Part shown: piece after piece, positions 27,434-36,351 of the stretch
Position numbering within the stretch: position 1 is the stretch's first letter
Layout of the letters: each line of letters opens with the position of its first letter
DNA from: an uncultured Collinsella sp.
GTDB lineage: Bacteria > Actinomycetota > Coriobacteriia > Coriobacteriales > Coriobacteriaceae
Direction of reading: 5' to 3'
Assembly: GCA_902494245.1 (NCBI GenBank)
Contig: CABUSR010000005.1
Span: 6,081 to 70,080 of the forward strand
DNA length: 64,000 nucleotides
Made by a program: the position numbers and the translations under genes
The notes under the pieces: model-generated
What the model was told of the DNA's origin: nothing
Seen by the model: the letters and a program-made list of their open reading frames with translations, nothing else
Databases searched by the model: none

Positions 27434-27508
27434 TTATCGTCGTCGGGAAATTGCGCGCTGGCGTCGGATGGCATTGTCTGCAGTGGTGATGATCTTTACG
27501 AACTGCAT
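27434..27508 (-). promoter_or_regulatory. Candidate Arg-rich leader peptide ORF (24 aa) of an argG attenuator
   Basis: AAGGAGAGG lies upstream. The ORF ATG CAG TTC ... GCC ATC CGA CGC CAG CGC GCA ATT TCC CGA CGA CGA TAA encodes MQFVKIITTADNAIRRQRAISRRR. Six of the last 12 codons are Arg. Confidence 0.35.
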
Positions 27509-27782
27509 CTGCCTCTCCTTTCACGTATCGCCGGGCGCAATTCTAATATCGTAAACGGTACCTTTTCCTCGGTAAGCGGTTGTTTTTCCGTCTCCGTTTT
27601 CGATGTTCGCTATATTACGCTAAAGTGCCCGCAGCACAAGCGACAAATTCAAATTTCTGAAAAGTTTTTTCATTAGTTTGTGAAGCGTGGTGCAAATACG
27701 CTCCGTTCCTGCGAAAATACGGCCGACTACGAGTTGATGGTTATAACGTCTGAAACAATCTCGAAACGAAAGGCTCGCTTTT

Positions 27783-28610
27783 ATGCAAACTTACGAATCG
27801 GACGCCAATATCGGAAACATTAAGCTCATCGCCGTCGACATGGACAAGACGCTGCTGACCGACGAGCGCGTGCTGCCGCAAGGCCTTGATGAGCGCCTGG
27901 ACAAGCTCGCCGACGCCGGCATCGTATTCTGCCCCGCCAGCGGACGTCCCGCCCCCAAGCTCGAGGAGATGTTCGAGGGCATCAAGAACCGCCTCGCCTT
28001 TTGTCCCGACAACGGAGCGTGCGTGATTTATCGCGGCAGCTATATCTATAAGAGCAATATCGACGTGGAGCTGTATCAGCAGGTCTTGAGCCGCGCCTCG
28101 GAGGATCCGCGCGCCGTCCCCGTCCTGTGCTGCTTCGACGAGTTCTACGTGCTTGCCCGCGACCATCAATACCACGACGAGATCAGCGTCTACTACAACA
28201 CAATCAACTACGTCGACAGCTTTGATGGCATTGATATCGAGTCCAACAAGATCTCGATCTTCTTCCCTGCCTATGATGCCGAGCCCGCATTCCGCGAGAC
28301 CTATAGCCCCGAGTTCTCGGACAAGCTCTACGTCACCAACGCCGGGCGCGAGTGGATCGACTTTATGAACCTGGGCGTCGACAAGGGCGCCGGCGTCGCG
28401 CACCTGTGCGAGCACCTGGGCATCGATATTGCCGATGCCGCCGCCGTGGGCGATACCTACAACGACATCCCCATGCTCGAGCGCGTCGGTCACAGCTTTA
28501 TCGTGGACAACGCCGAGGAGCATATGAACGCGCATGCCAAGTGGCGCATTCCGAGCAACAACGACGGGGGCGTACTGACGCTCATCGACGCCATCTTGGC
28601 GGCTCGTTAA
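27783..28610 (+). CDS. Cof-type HAD-IIB phosphatase
   Basis: 275 aa. Motifs present: LIAVDMDKTLL and AVGDTYNDIPMLE. Confidence 0.85.
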   Translation: MQTYESDANIGNIKLIAVDMDKTLLTDERVLPQGLDERLDKLADAGIVFCPASGRPAPKLEEMFEGIKNRLAFCPDNGACVIYRGSYIYKSNIDVELYQQVLSRASEDPRAVPVLCCFDEFYVLARDHQYHDEISVYYNTINYVDSFDGIDIESNKISIFFPAYDAEPAFRETYSPEFSDKLYVTNAGREWIDFMNLGVDKGAGVAHLCEHLGIDIADAAAVGDTYNDIPMLERVGHSFIVDNAEEHMNAHAKWRIPSNNDGGVLTLIDAILAAR

Positions 28611-28621
28611 CGTGGCTCGTC

Positions 28622-28751
28622 GGACCTGGCCGGGCGAGGCGGGTAAGTTTTTCGCTCGGTCAGGTCCTGGGCTCGCTCGGAAAGCACATTAAGTGCTTTC
28701 CGGCTCGTGCGGAATCTACGAAAAACTTACCCGCCTCGCCCGGCCAGGTCC
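28622..28751. repeat. 130-bp palindromic element with perfect 33-bp terminal inverted repeats (MITE/REP-like)
   Basis: GGACCTGGCCGGGCGAGGCGGGTAAGTTTTTCG (28622-28654) pairs with its exact reverse complement at 28719-28751. An internal GGAAAGCAC-ATTAA-GTGCTTTCC hairpin is present. Confidence 0.75.
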
Positions 28752-28817
28752 TTGGGTGACTTGCTCGCCGTCTGGGTGGCGTCTTGGCGCCTAGATACTT
28801 GGCTGGTTTTTTGGAAT

Positions 28818-28851
28818 GAAGGGGGCTCCTTGTTGGCAAGGAGCCCCCTTC
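28818..28851. terminator. 15-bp GC-rich hairpin between the convergent Cof-hydrolase and polA genes
   Basis: GAAGGGGGCTCCTTG-TTGG-CAAGGAGCCCCCTTC. The plus-strand tail is CTGGTTTGGTT. Confidence 0.5.
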
Positions 28852-28884
28852 TGGTTTGGTTACTTTAGGGTTGTGGGCACTTCC

Positions 28885-31632
28885 CTATTTGGCGTCGGCC
28901 CAGGTTATGCCGGTGCTGGCTTCGGCGATTAGGGGGACACGGAGGTCTACTACGTGTTCCATGACGTCGCGGACCATGGTGGTTAGGCGCTCGACTTCGT
29001 CGACCGGGCACTCAAAGTCAAGTTCGTCGTGTACCTGCAGAATCATGTGGGCGGCAAAGCCCTCTTCTTCCAGGCGGCGGCTTACGCGGGCCATGGCGAT
29101 CTTGATGATGTCTGCTGCGGTGCCCTGCATGGGGTGGTTCATGGCCGTGCGCTCACCAAAGCCACGGAGTTGCGGGTTTTTGGCCTTGAGCTCCGGAATA
29201 TGGCGTCTGCGGCCGTACATGGTCTCGGCGTAGCCCGTCTGCTTGGCGCGCGCCACCACATTGTCGAGGAACGTTCGCACGCCCGGGTAGGCCTCGTAGT
29301 AGCGATCGATCATATCGCGCGCCTCGGCCATCGAGATATGCAGCGACTGCGACAGACCGTAGGCCTGCTGGCCGTACACGATGCCAAAGTTCACGGCCTT
29401 GGCGCGGCTGCGTAGGTCGGGCGTTACCTCGGACACCGGCACGCCAAATACGCGCGCGGCCGTCTCGGCATGGAAGTCCTCACCCTCGTTAAAGGCACGT
29501 ACCAGATGCTCGTCACCCGAGAGGTGCGCGAGCAGACGCAGCTCGATCTGCGAGTAGTCCACCGCCAAAAAGACGCTGCCCTCGCCCGCCGAAAACGCCG
29601 TCTTGACGGTACGCCCCAGCTCCGAGCGCGTCGGGATGTTCTGCAAATTCGGGTCGCTCGAGGACAGACGCCCCGTCGCGGTGATGGTCTGGTTGTACGT
29701 GGTGTGCACACGACCGTCACCACGGCGCAGCGGACCTAGCGTGTCCAGATAGGTCGACTTAATCTTGGACTTCTCACGCCAGTCCAAAATCAGACGCACG
29801 ATCTCGTGGTCGCGGGCAAGATCGCTCAACACCTTGGCGTTGGTCGAATAATAGCCGCGCTTGGTCTTCTTGAGGCCCTTGGTCGGAAGCCCCATCACAT
29901 CAAAGAGTACGTGCGACAGCTGCATGGGGCTGCCAATATTAAAGGTCTCGTCACCGGCAAGGTCGCGAATGCTTCGCTCGACCTCGGTAATCTGGGTCGC
30001 CAGACCCTCGGACAGACTGTGCAGGCGGTCGGGGTCCACGAGCATGCCCGCGCGCTCCATCTTGGCAAGCACCGGCACAAGCGGCATCTCGATGCCATCG
30101 AACACGTTGGCGGCGTTCTCGCGGGCCATGCGGTCGCGCAACGGTGCGACCAGCGCCAGCGTCAAGGCCGCCGTGCGAGCGGCGGGCGCAGGAGCGTCCT
30201 CGCCGGCACCCTCTGCACCGCGCGCCGCAGGCAGCGCCATCTGCAGATAGGTATCGGCCAGATACGCCTCATCGAACTCGGAGCGGTCGGAATCCAGCAG
30301 GTAGGCGGCAACCACGGTATCGAAGATGCGCGTGGAATCGGCAGACAGCGGGTCCATGAGCTCGGGCTCAGAGGAATCGATAGGAGAAAGCTCGTGCAGC
30401 AGCGCCTTCATGTCCGGACTCGCCACGCGGCCCTCCATAAACAGGCGCGCGAGCACGCCGGCAATCACGCCGTTGGCGAAGTTAAAGCCTTCAACCTCAG
30501 CCGCCGCACCGCCGTCGCCCTCCTCGAGCGCGAACAGGCCCTTGGACGTCGCCAGCCACAGCGTGCGCGTCAGTCCAAAGAGCGCGCCCTCTTCCTTGTC
30601 GTCGTCCACCACGGCAGCGACCCACTCGCCGGCATCGATCGCGCAGGAGATCTCAGCCGCAACGGCACCAAGCGCGTCAGCATCGCCGGCGGCTGCGCGA
30701 ACCATCGCAGGCATCTCAAACGTACTGGAGACAGCAGCCCCGCCCTCGCCGCCGATCAGCGCCAAGAAACGGTTCTGCATGGCGGTGATACCAAGCGTAC
30801 CCAGCGCCGCAGAAACCTCATCGGCAGAAAACGCCGGGAAGGACGTCGCCTCAAAATCGAGCTCAACAGGCGCATCGGTGCGGATGGTCGCGACCTTGCG
30901 ACTCAGCAGCGCGTCGTCGATGTGCGCGCGCAGGTTTTCGCCCATTTTGCCCTTGACCTCGTCGGCATGTGCGATGACCTCGTCCAGGCTACCGTACTGC
31001 GCAATGAGCGCGCTCGCCTTTTTGGGGCCGATGCCCGGCACGCCGGGGATGTTATCGGACGTGTCGCCCTTCAGACCATAAAAGTCGGGTACGAGCGCCG
31101 GCGTGATGCCGTGATACAGATCGTCCACGCTCTCGGGTGTCATGATCGCCACGTCGGACAGGCCCTTGCGGGTCGAGACCACGTTGACGTGCTCGGTCAC
31201 GAGCTGATACATATCGCGATCACCGGTCACCAGCAGCATGTCACAGCCGGCCTGCTCGCCTAGGCGCGCCATAGTGCCCAGGATGTCATCGCCTTCCCAG
31301 CCCTCGGACTGCAAAATCGGCACGTTGAGCGCGGCGAGCAGCTCCTTAATCATGGGAAACTGCGCGTGCAGATCGGGGTCCATGGGCGGGCGCTGAGCCT
31401 TGTACTGCGGCAGCATCTCCATGCGCACGCGCGGCTTGCCCTTGTCAAACGCCACGACCACGCCGTCGGGGTTAAAGGCGTCAATCATCTTGAGGAACAT
31501 ATTCAAAAAGCCAAAGATCGCGTTGGTGGGACGACCGTCCGGCGCATTCATGGTGGGCGGCACGGCGTGGAAGGCGCGGTGCATGAGCGAGTTGCCGTCG
31601 ATGACGGCAAAGGTACGGCGCTTGTCAGACAT
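28885..31632 (-). CDS. polA: DNA polymerase I
   Basis: Start trimmed to ATG 31632 (MSDKRRTFAVIDGNSLMHRAF...). It has a 5'-nuclease domain plus a Pol A palm with motifs DYSQIELR and QVHDEL. Confidence 0.95.
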   Translation of the reverse strand: MSDKRRTFAVIDGNSLMHRAFHAVPPTMNAPDGRPTNAIFGFLNMFLKMIDAFNPDGVVVAFDKGKPRVRMEMLPQYKAQRPPMDPDLHAQFPMIKELLAALNVPILQSEGWEGDDILGTMARLGEQAGCDMLLVTGDRDMYQLVTEHVNVVSTRKGLSDVAIMTPESVDDLYHGITPALVPDFYGLKGDTSDNIPGVPGIGPKKASALIAQYGSLDEVIAHADEVKGKMGENLRAHIDDALLSRKVATIRTDAPVELDFEATSFPAFSADEVSAALGTLGITAMQNRFLALIGGEGGAAVSSTFEMPAMVRAAAGDADALGAVAAEISCAIDAGEWVAAVVDDDKEEGALFGLTRTLWLATSKGLFALEEGDGGAAAEVEGFNFANGVIAGVLARLFMEGRVASPDMKALLHELSPIDSSEPELMDPLSADSTRIFDTVVAAYLLDSDRSEFDEAYLADTYLQMALPAARGAEGAGEDAPAPAARTAALTLALVAPLRDRMARENAANVFDGIEMPLVPVLAKMERAGMLVDPDRLHSLSEGLATQITEVERSIRDLAGDETFNIGSPMQLSHVLFDVMGLPTKGLKKTKRGYYSTNAKVLSDLARDHEIVRLILDWREKSKIKSTYLDTLGPLRRGDGRVHTTYNQTITATGRLSSSDPNLQNIPTRSELGRTVKTAFSAGEGSVFLAVDYSQIELRLLAHLSGDEHLVRAFNEGEDFHAETAARVFGVPVSEVTPDLRSRAKAVNFGIVYGQQAYGLSQSLHISMAEARDMIDRYYEAYPGVRTFLDNVVARAKQTGYAETMYGRRRHIPELKAKNPQLRGFGERTAMNHPMQGTAADIIKIAMARVSRRLEEEGFAAHMILQVHDELDFECPVDEVERLTTMVRDVMEHVVDLRVPLIAEASTGITWADAK

Positions 31633-31798
31633 ATTGAATACCTCGCTTTGGGCTGGGCACGGTTTGCTCACACCAGTTTACACGCTCCCCGCCCCGCGGC
31701 CACCGCACATCAGGCTTCCCTGCCGCCGTGAGCCCGCGCGTGATACGATGGCTCACGGTACATCAACCAGCACGATCGATCCGAAAGGAGCCTGCGTC

Positions 31799-33196
31799 AT
31801 GGAGCGTCCCTGCGCATGGAAAAAGTACACGCCACAGCAAGTCGAGGAGCTCGAGGAGCTTTGCCGCGGCTATAAGCAGTTTTTGAGCGAGAACAAGACC
31901 GAGCGCCTGTGCGTCAAGACCGGTATCAAGATGGCCGAGGAGGCGGGCTACGTCAATCTGGAGACCGTGATCGCCGAGGGCCGCGCGCTCAAGGCAGGCG
32001 ACAAGGTGTACGCCGCCAACCACGGCAAGGACCTTATGCTCGTCAACCTGGGCACCGCCCCGCTCGAGCAGGGCTTTAACATCCTGGGCGCCCACGTGGA
32101 CTCGCCGCGCCTGGACCTTAAGCAGAACCCCGCTTTCGAGGCCGGCGACATGGCCTATCTCGACACGCACTACTATGGCGGCGTCAAGAGCTACCACTGG
32201 GTCGCTTCCCCGCTCGCACTCGTAGGCGTCATCTGCAAAAAGGACGGCACCACCGTCGACATCAACATCGGCGACAAGGCGGACGACCCGGTCTTTACCA
32301 TCTCCGACCTGCTGATCCACCTCTCGAGCGAGCAGATGGCCAAGCCCGCCAAGGATGCCGTCGATGCCGAGATCCTCGACGTGATCGTGGGCGGCCGCCC
32401 CGTCAAGTTTGACGAGGACGACAAGGACGCTCCCAAGGAGCCCGTCAAGCAGATGTTCCTGGATATCCTCAAGGAGCAGTACGACGTCGAGGAGGAGGAC
32501 TTCCTCTCCGCCGAGATCGAGGTCGTGCCCGCCGGCCCGGCCCGCGACATGGGCCTCGACCGCTCCATGATTCTGGGCTATGGCCATGACGACCGTGTCT
32601 GCGCCTATCCGTCCATGCTCGCCCAGATCGACGTCGCCAACGTGGAGCGCACGAGCATCACACTCATCGTCGACAAGGAGGAGATTGGCTCCGTGGGTGC
32701 CACCGGCATGACGAGCCGCTTCTTCGAGAACACCGTCGCCGAGATCATGACGCTCGCCGGCGAGGATAGCCCGCTGGCCCTGCGCCGCGCACTCGCCCAC
32801 AGCCGCATGCTCTCCTCCGACGTGTCCGCCGGCTTCGACCCGGGCTACGCCGGCAAGTTCGAAACCAAGAACGCAGCCTTCATGGGTCGCGGCCTGTGCT
32901 TTAACAAGTACACGGGCAGCCGCGGCAAGGGCGGTTCAAACGACGCCGACGCCGAGTACGTGGCCCTCGTCCGCGACATCATGGACGAGGCCGGCGTGGA
33001 CTTCCAGACCTGCGAGCTCGGCCGCGTCAACGCGGGCGGCGGTGGCACCATCGCCTATATCATGGCCAAGTACGGCATGAACGTCATCGACTCCGGCGTT
33101 GCCGTCCTGTCCATGCACGCCCTGTGGGAGGTCGCCAACAAGGCCGACATCTACGAGGCCTACCGCGGCTACAAGGCCTTCATCGAGCGCGCCTAA
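31799..33196 (+). CDS. M18-family aminopeptidase (aminopeptidase 1 / aspartyl aminopeptidase-like)
   Basis: Start trimmed to ATG 31799 (AGGAG 8 nt upstream), giving 465 aa. Motifs present: GAHVDSPRLDLK, GHDDRVCAY, VDKEEIGS. Confidence 0.85.
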   Translation: MERPCAWKKYTPQQVEELEELCRGYKQFLSENKTERLCVKTGIKMAEEAGYVNLETVIAEGRALKAGDKVYAANHGKDLMLVNLGTAPLEQGFNILGAHVDSPRLDLKQNPAFEAGDMAYLDTHYYGGVKSYHWVASPLALVGVICKKDGTTVDINIGDKADDPVFTISDLLIHLSSEQMAKPAKDAVDAEILDVIVGGRPVKFDEDDKDAPKEPVKQMFLDILKEQYDVEEEDFLSAEIEVVPAGPARDMGLDRSMILGYGHDDRVCAYPSMLAQIDVANVERTSITLIVDKEEIGSVGATGMTSRFFENTVAEIMTLAGEDSPLALRRALAHSRMLSSDVSAGFDPGYAGKFETKNAAFMGRGLCFNKYTGSRGKGGSNDADAEYVALVRDIMDEAGVDFQTCELGRVNAGGGGTIAYIMAKYGMNVIDSGVAVLSMHALWEVANKADIYEAYRGYKAFIERA

Positions 33197-33209
33197 CCAA
33201 CCCTTCATC

Positions 33210-33285
33210 AGTTGCGGTGAAATACGGACTAGACTGGCCCATAAACGACCAAAACAGACCGTATTCCACCGCAACTTCTTTTTTG
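33210..33285 (+). terminator. Terminator hairpin of the aminopeptidase gene; second member of the AGTTGCGGTGAAATA family
   Basis: AGTTGCGGTGAAATACGG ... CCGTATTCCACCGCAACT is followed by TCTTTTTTGG. The arms are homologous to 12415-12483. Confidence 0.7.
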
Positions 33286-33299
33286 GCAGAGGAGAGTCC

Positions 33300-34109
33300 A
33301 TGCTACAGGTCATCATTTCGCCCGCCAAGCAGATGCGCGCGGCCCAAGATGCTTTTGAAGTCCTGGGCATTACACCCTTTGCGCGCGAGACAGCTCGCCT
33401 CCACCGCGCACTGCTAGATATCGAGCGGAATGAAGGCAGCGGCGGCCTGCAGGCGCTATGGAACGTGAGCGACAAACTGCTTACAACGTGCCTGGATACG
33501 CTTCACGAATTTATGCCCGTCCTGAGCGATGCCAGCCTCGCCGATCCCGACATCGCGCGTCGAATCTCCCCTGCCGTCATGTCCTATCACGGCATTCAAT
33601 ACCAAAGCATGGCGCCCGAGGTCATGGATGCCGCACAGCTCGACTGGCTGCAAAACCATCTCTGGATCCTCTCGGGCCTTTACGGATGCGTGCGCCCCTT
33701 TCATGCCGTTGAACCGTATCGGCTGGAGATGGGCGCGAAGCTTGCCGTCGACAATGCCCGAGACCTCTACGCGTTTTGGGGCGACAAGCTCGCACGGGCC
33801 ATCGCTCCGGCAGGCCCAAACACCACGATCGTCAACCTTGCCAGTGTGGAGTACGCCAAGGCCGTTCTGCCCCGCCTCGCGGGCGACGCCACAGCCGTCA
33901 CGTGCCTCTTTGGCGAAGGCATCCGCAACGGAAAACCCATCCAACGGTCGACCGCCAGCAAAAAGGCGCGCGGCTCCATGGTGCGGTGGATGGCAGAAAA
34001 CAAGCTCGAGGATGTAAGCGGGCTCACCGCGTTCGGCGTTGGTTATCGTCACTTTCCCGAGCTTTCAAATAAAAACACTTTGGTCTTCCTGAACGAACAG
34101 GCTTTGTAG
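33300..34109 (+). CDS. yaaA: YaaA / UPF0246 peroxide-stress protein
   Basis: Start trimmed to ATG 33300 (GGAGAG upstream). The sequence begins MLQVIISPAKQM. Confidence 0.85.
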   Translation: MLQVIISPAKQMRAAQDAFEVLGITPFARETARLHRALLDIERNEGSGGLQALWNVSDKLLTTCLDTLHEFMPVLSDASLADPDIARRISPAVMSYHGIQYQSMAPEVMDAAQLDWLQNHLWILSGLYGCVRPFHAVEPYRLEMGAKLAVDNARDLYAFWGDKLARAIAPAGPNTTIVNLASVEYAKAVLPRLAGDATAVTCLFGEGIRNGKPIQRSTASKKARGSMVRWMAENKLEDVSGLTAFGVGYRHFPELSNKNTLVFLNEQAL

Positions 34110-34149
34110 GACCACCGCTACTTTTGAATATGCTGCCTAGGCACGGCAT

Positions 34150-34665
34150 CTATTCCGCCAAGCCGTCGGCTTTGGCAATTTCATTTGTCGAGCCGTCCTG
34201 ATAGGTAATCTTGACATGCTCCACCTCGGACACCTTGACGCCCGACGGGGGCCCCAGGCGCCATTCCGTCAGCGCGATATCCATCGTCGTGGGCACATCC
34301 CCTTTATCTTTGAGCTCGACTGACAGCGTCTTAAGCGACGCATCGAAGGTCACGCGCTCGATCTCTTCACCAGGAATGGAACCACCGCTTAGCTGCAGCT
34401 GGACAAATCCATCGCACGGATACCAATAGTCGCCGGGAGCTGCCACCGTGTTACCGCCAGCGACCTTCACCGTCATGATCGGTAGGCTATCATCAGCCTC
34501 GAACTCCCAGGCGGCGGCGCCGCAACCGCCAAACGTCCAGATACAAAAGGCAATCACCAGCACGGCAAGCACCGCAAAACCAATCGCGACAAGGCCATGG
34601 TGCGCGCGGCTCTCCTCGGCCGATACATCCCACTGCGTCTCTCGATATAGATGCTTGTCTTCCAT
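34150..34665 (-). CDS. Hypothetical single-pass membrane protein (171 aa)
   Basis: Only the 3' part of track ORF 34150..35952 is credible. ATG 34665 has GGAGG 5 nt upstream. The protein has one TM helix (LVAIGFAVLAVLVIAFCIWTF) followed by a beta-rich ectodomain. I recognise no family. Confidence 0.6.
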   Translation of the reverse strand: MEDKHLYRETQWDVSAEESRAHHGLVAIGFAVLAVLVIAFCIWTFGGCGAAAWEFEADDSLPIMTVKVAGGNTVAAPGDYWYPCDGFVQLQLSGGSIPGEEIERVTFDASLKTLSVELKDKGDVPTTMDIALTEWRLGPPSGVKVSEVEHVKITYQDGSTNEIAKADGLAE

Positions 34666-34735
34666 GTTCGCCTCCCCACAGGCACGCTCGTTGGCCCAAT
34701 CGTACCCATTCAGGCTATACTTGAGCCCATTACAT

Positions 34736-34828
34736 AAACGGGGAGCTTGCAGGACAGGACGGCAGGCTGAGATTGGGCGCGCCCGCCCTGACCCGCAAAC
34801 CTGATATGGGTAATGCCAACGAAGGGAG
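34736..34828 (+). promoter_or_regulatory. TPP (THI-box) riboswitch controlling thiC
   Basis: ACGGGGAGC ... GGCAGGCUGAGA ... CCCUGACCC..AACCUGAUAUGGGUAAUGCCAACGAAGGGAGCC. The 3' end overlaps the thiC Shine-Dalgarno sequence (GAAGGGAG). Confidence 0.9.
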
Positions 34829-34836
34829 CCGTGCCA

Positions 34837-36171
34837 ATGAGCACACAGACCGAGCCCAAGCTCGTCACGCAAATCGACTTCGCCCGCGCCGGGCAGATTA
34901 CGCCGCAGATGAAGGAAGTCGCCGAGCGCGAGCATCGCGACCCCGAGTACATCCGCGAGCGCGTGGCCGACGGCCGCATCGCCATTCCCGCCAACATCGT
35001 GCACATCAAAAAGGGCATGCGCGCCTTTGGTGTCGGTGAGGGCCTGTCCACCAAGGTCAACGTCAACCTGGGCATCTCGGGCGACAAGGCCGATGCCGCC
35101 GAGGAATGGAAGAAGGTCAAAATTGCCGAGGACTTTGGCGCCGACGCCATCATGGACCTCTCCAACTCGGGCAAGACGCGCCAGTTCCGCCAGCAGCTCA
35201 TCGACGAGACGCCGCTCATGGTGGGCACCGTCCCCATGTACGACGCCATCGGCTACATGGAAAAGCCGCTGGTCAAGCTTACCAAGGATGACTTGTTCGA
35301 GGTCGTGCGCGCGCACGCCGAGGACGGCGTGGACTTTATGACCATCCACTGCGGCATCAACAAGTCGGTCACCAAGACCTTTAAGGAGACCGGCCGCCTG
35401 ATGAACATCGTGAGCCGCGGCGGCTCGCTGCTGTTTGGCTGGATGGAGGTCACCGGTAACGAGAACCCGTTCTATGAGTTCTACGACGAGCTGCTCGAGA
35501 TCTGCCACGAGTACGACGTGACGATTTCGCTCGGCGACTCCTGCCGCCCGGGTTGCCTCTACGACTCCAACGACGCCACCGAGACCGCCGAGATGATCGA
35601 GCTGGGCAAGCTGTGCAAGCGTGCTTGGGCCGCCGGCGTCCAGGTCATGGTCGAGGGCCCGGGTCACATGGCGCTCGACGAGATCGCCGCCAACATGAAG
35701 CTGCAGAAGCGCCTGTGCCACAACGCCCCGTTCTATGTGCTCGGGCCGCTGGTGACCGATATCGGCGTGGGCTACGACCACATCACCGCCGCCATCGGCG
35801 GCGCCATCTCCGCCAGCTCCGGTGCCGACTTCCTGTGCTACGTGACGCCCGCCGAGCACCTGTGCCTGCCTAACGCCCAAGATGTGCTCGACGGCCTCAT
35901 GGCCACCAAGATTGCCGCGCACGCCGCCGATATCGCCAAGAAGGTGCCGCACGCCCGCGACATGGACGACAAGATGGGCCAGGCGCGCCGCAAGCTCGAC
36001 TGGGATGCCATGTGGAAGTGCGCTCTCGACCCGGTCACCGGTAAGAAGCGCTACGAGGAATCCCCCGCCGCCACCGAGGGCACCTGCACCATGTGCGGCA
36101 AGATGTGCGCCGTCCGCACCGTCAACAAGGTGTTCGAAGGCACGACGATCGACCTGGGCATGGAGGATTAG
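34837..36171 (+). CDS. thiC: Phosphomethylpyrimidine synthase ThiC (radical SAM)
   Basis: Start trimmed to ATG 34837, giving 444 aa. It has the C-terminal CTMCGKMCA cluster motif. Confidence 0.95.
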   Translation: MSTQTEPKLVTQIDFARAGQITPQMKEVAEREHRDPEYIRERVADGRIAIPANIVHIKKGMRAFGVGEGLSTKVNVNLGISGDKADAAEEWKKVKIAEDFGADAIMDLSNSGKTRQFRQQLIDETPLMVGTVPMYDAIGYMEKPLVKLTKDDLFEVVRAHAEDGVDFMTIHCGINKSVTKTFKETGRLMNIVSRGGSLLFGWMEVTGNENPFYEFYDELLEICHEYDVTISLGDSCRPGCLYDSNDATETAEMIELGKLCKRAWAAGVQVMVEGPGHMALDEIAANMKLQKRLCHNAPFYVLGPLVTDIGVGYDHITAAIGGAISASSGADFLCYVTPAEHLCLPNAQDVLDGLMATKIAAHAADIAKKVPHARDMDDKMGQARRKLDWDAMWKCALDPVTGKKRYEESPAATEGTCTMCGKMCAVRTVNKVFEGTTIDLGMED

Positions 36172-36351
36172 CCTTTACGAGGCAATCCAGCATGCCTGCT
36201 GCAACGCCCGTCAATTGTTGACGTGTGAACATTTGCTAACATTTGCGTAAAGATTGCACCACCCGCCCGGGTTCGGAATACAACCGGCCCGGGCATCTTT
36301 ATAATGCGGGTTAAAAGACCCATTTGAATCCGACCGGACAAGGGAGCGAAC

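Noticed and set aside
27359-27676. 105-aa plus-strand ORF in the argG upstream region.
   Set aside because: It has no SD, an odd Ser/Cys-rich composition, and lies in an AT-rich non-coding spacer antisense to the candidate leader.
28622-28751. Reading the 33-bp inverted repeat as the intrinsic terminator of the Cof-type phosphatase gene.
   Set aside because: No U-tract follows on either strand, and the stem is far longer than needed. A separate hairpin at 28818-28851 is a better, though still imperfect, terminator candidate.
34666-35952. The N-terminal ~430 aa of track ORF 34150..35952 (minus strand).
   Set aside because: This portion is antisense to thiC and crosses the TPP riboswitch. Only the 3' 171 codons (34150-34665), with their own SD/ATG and a TM helix, look like a gene.
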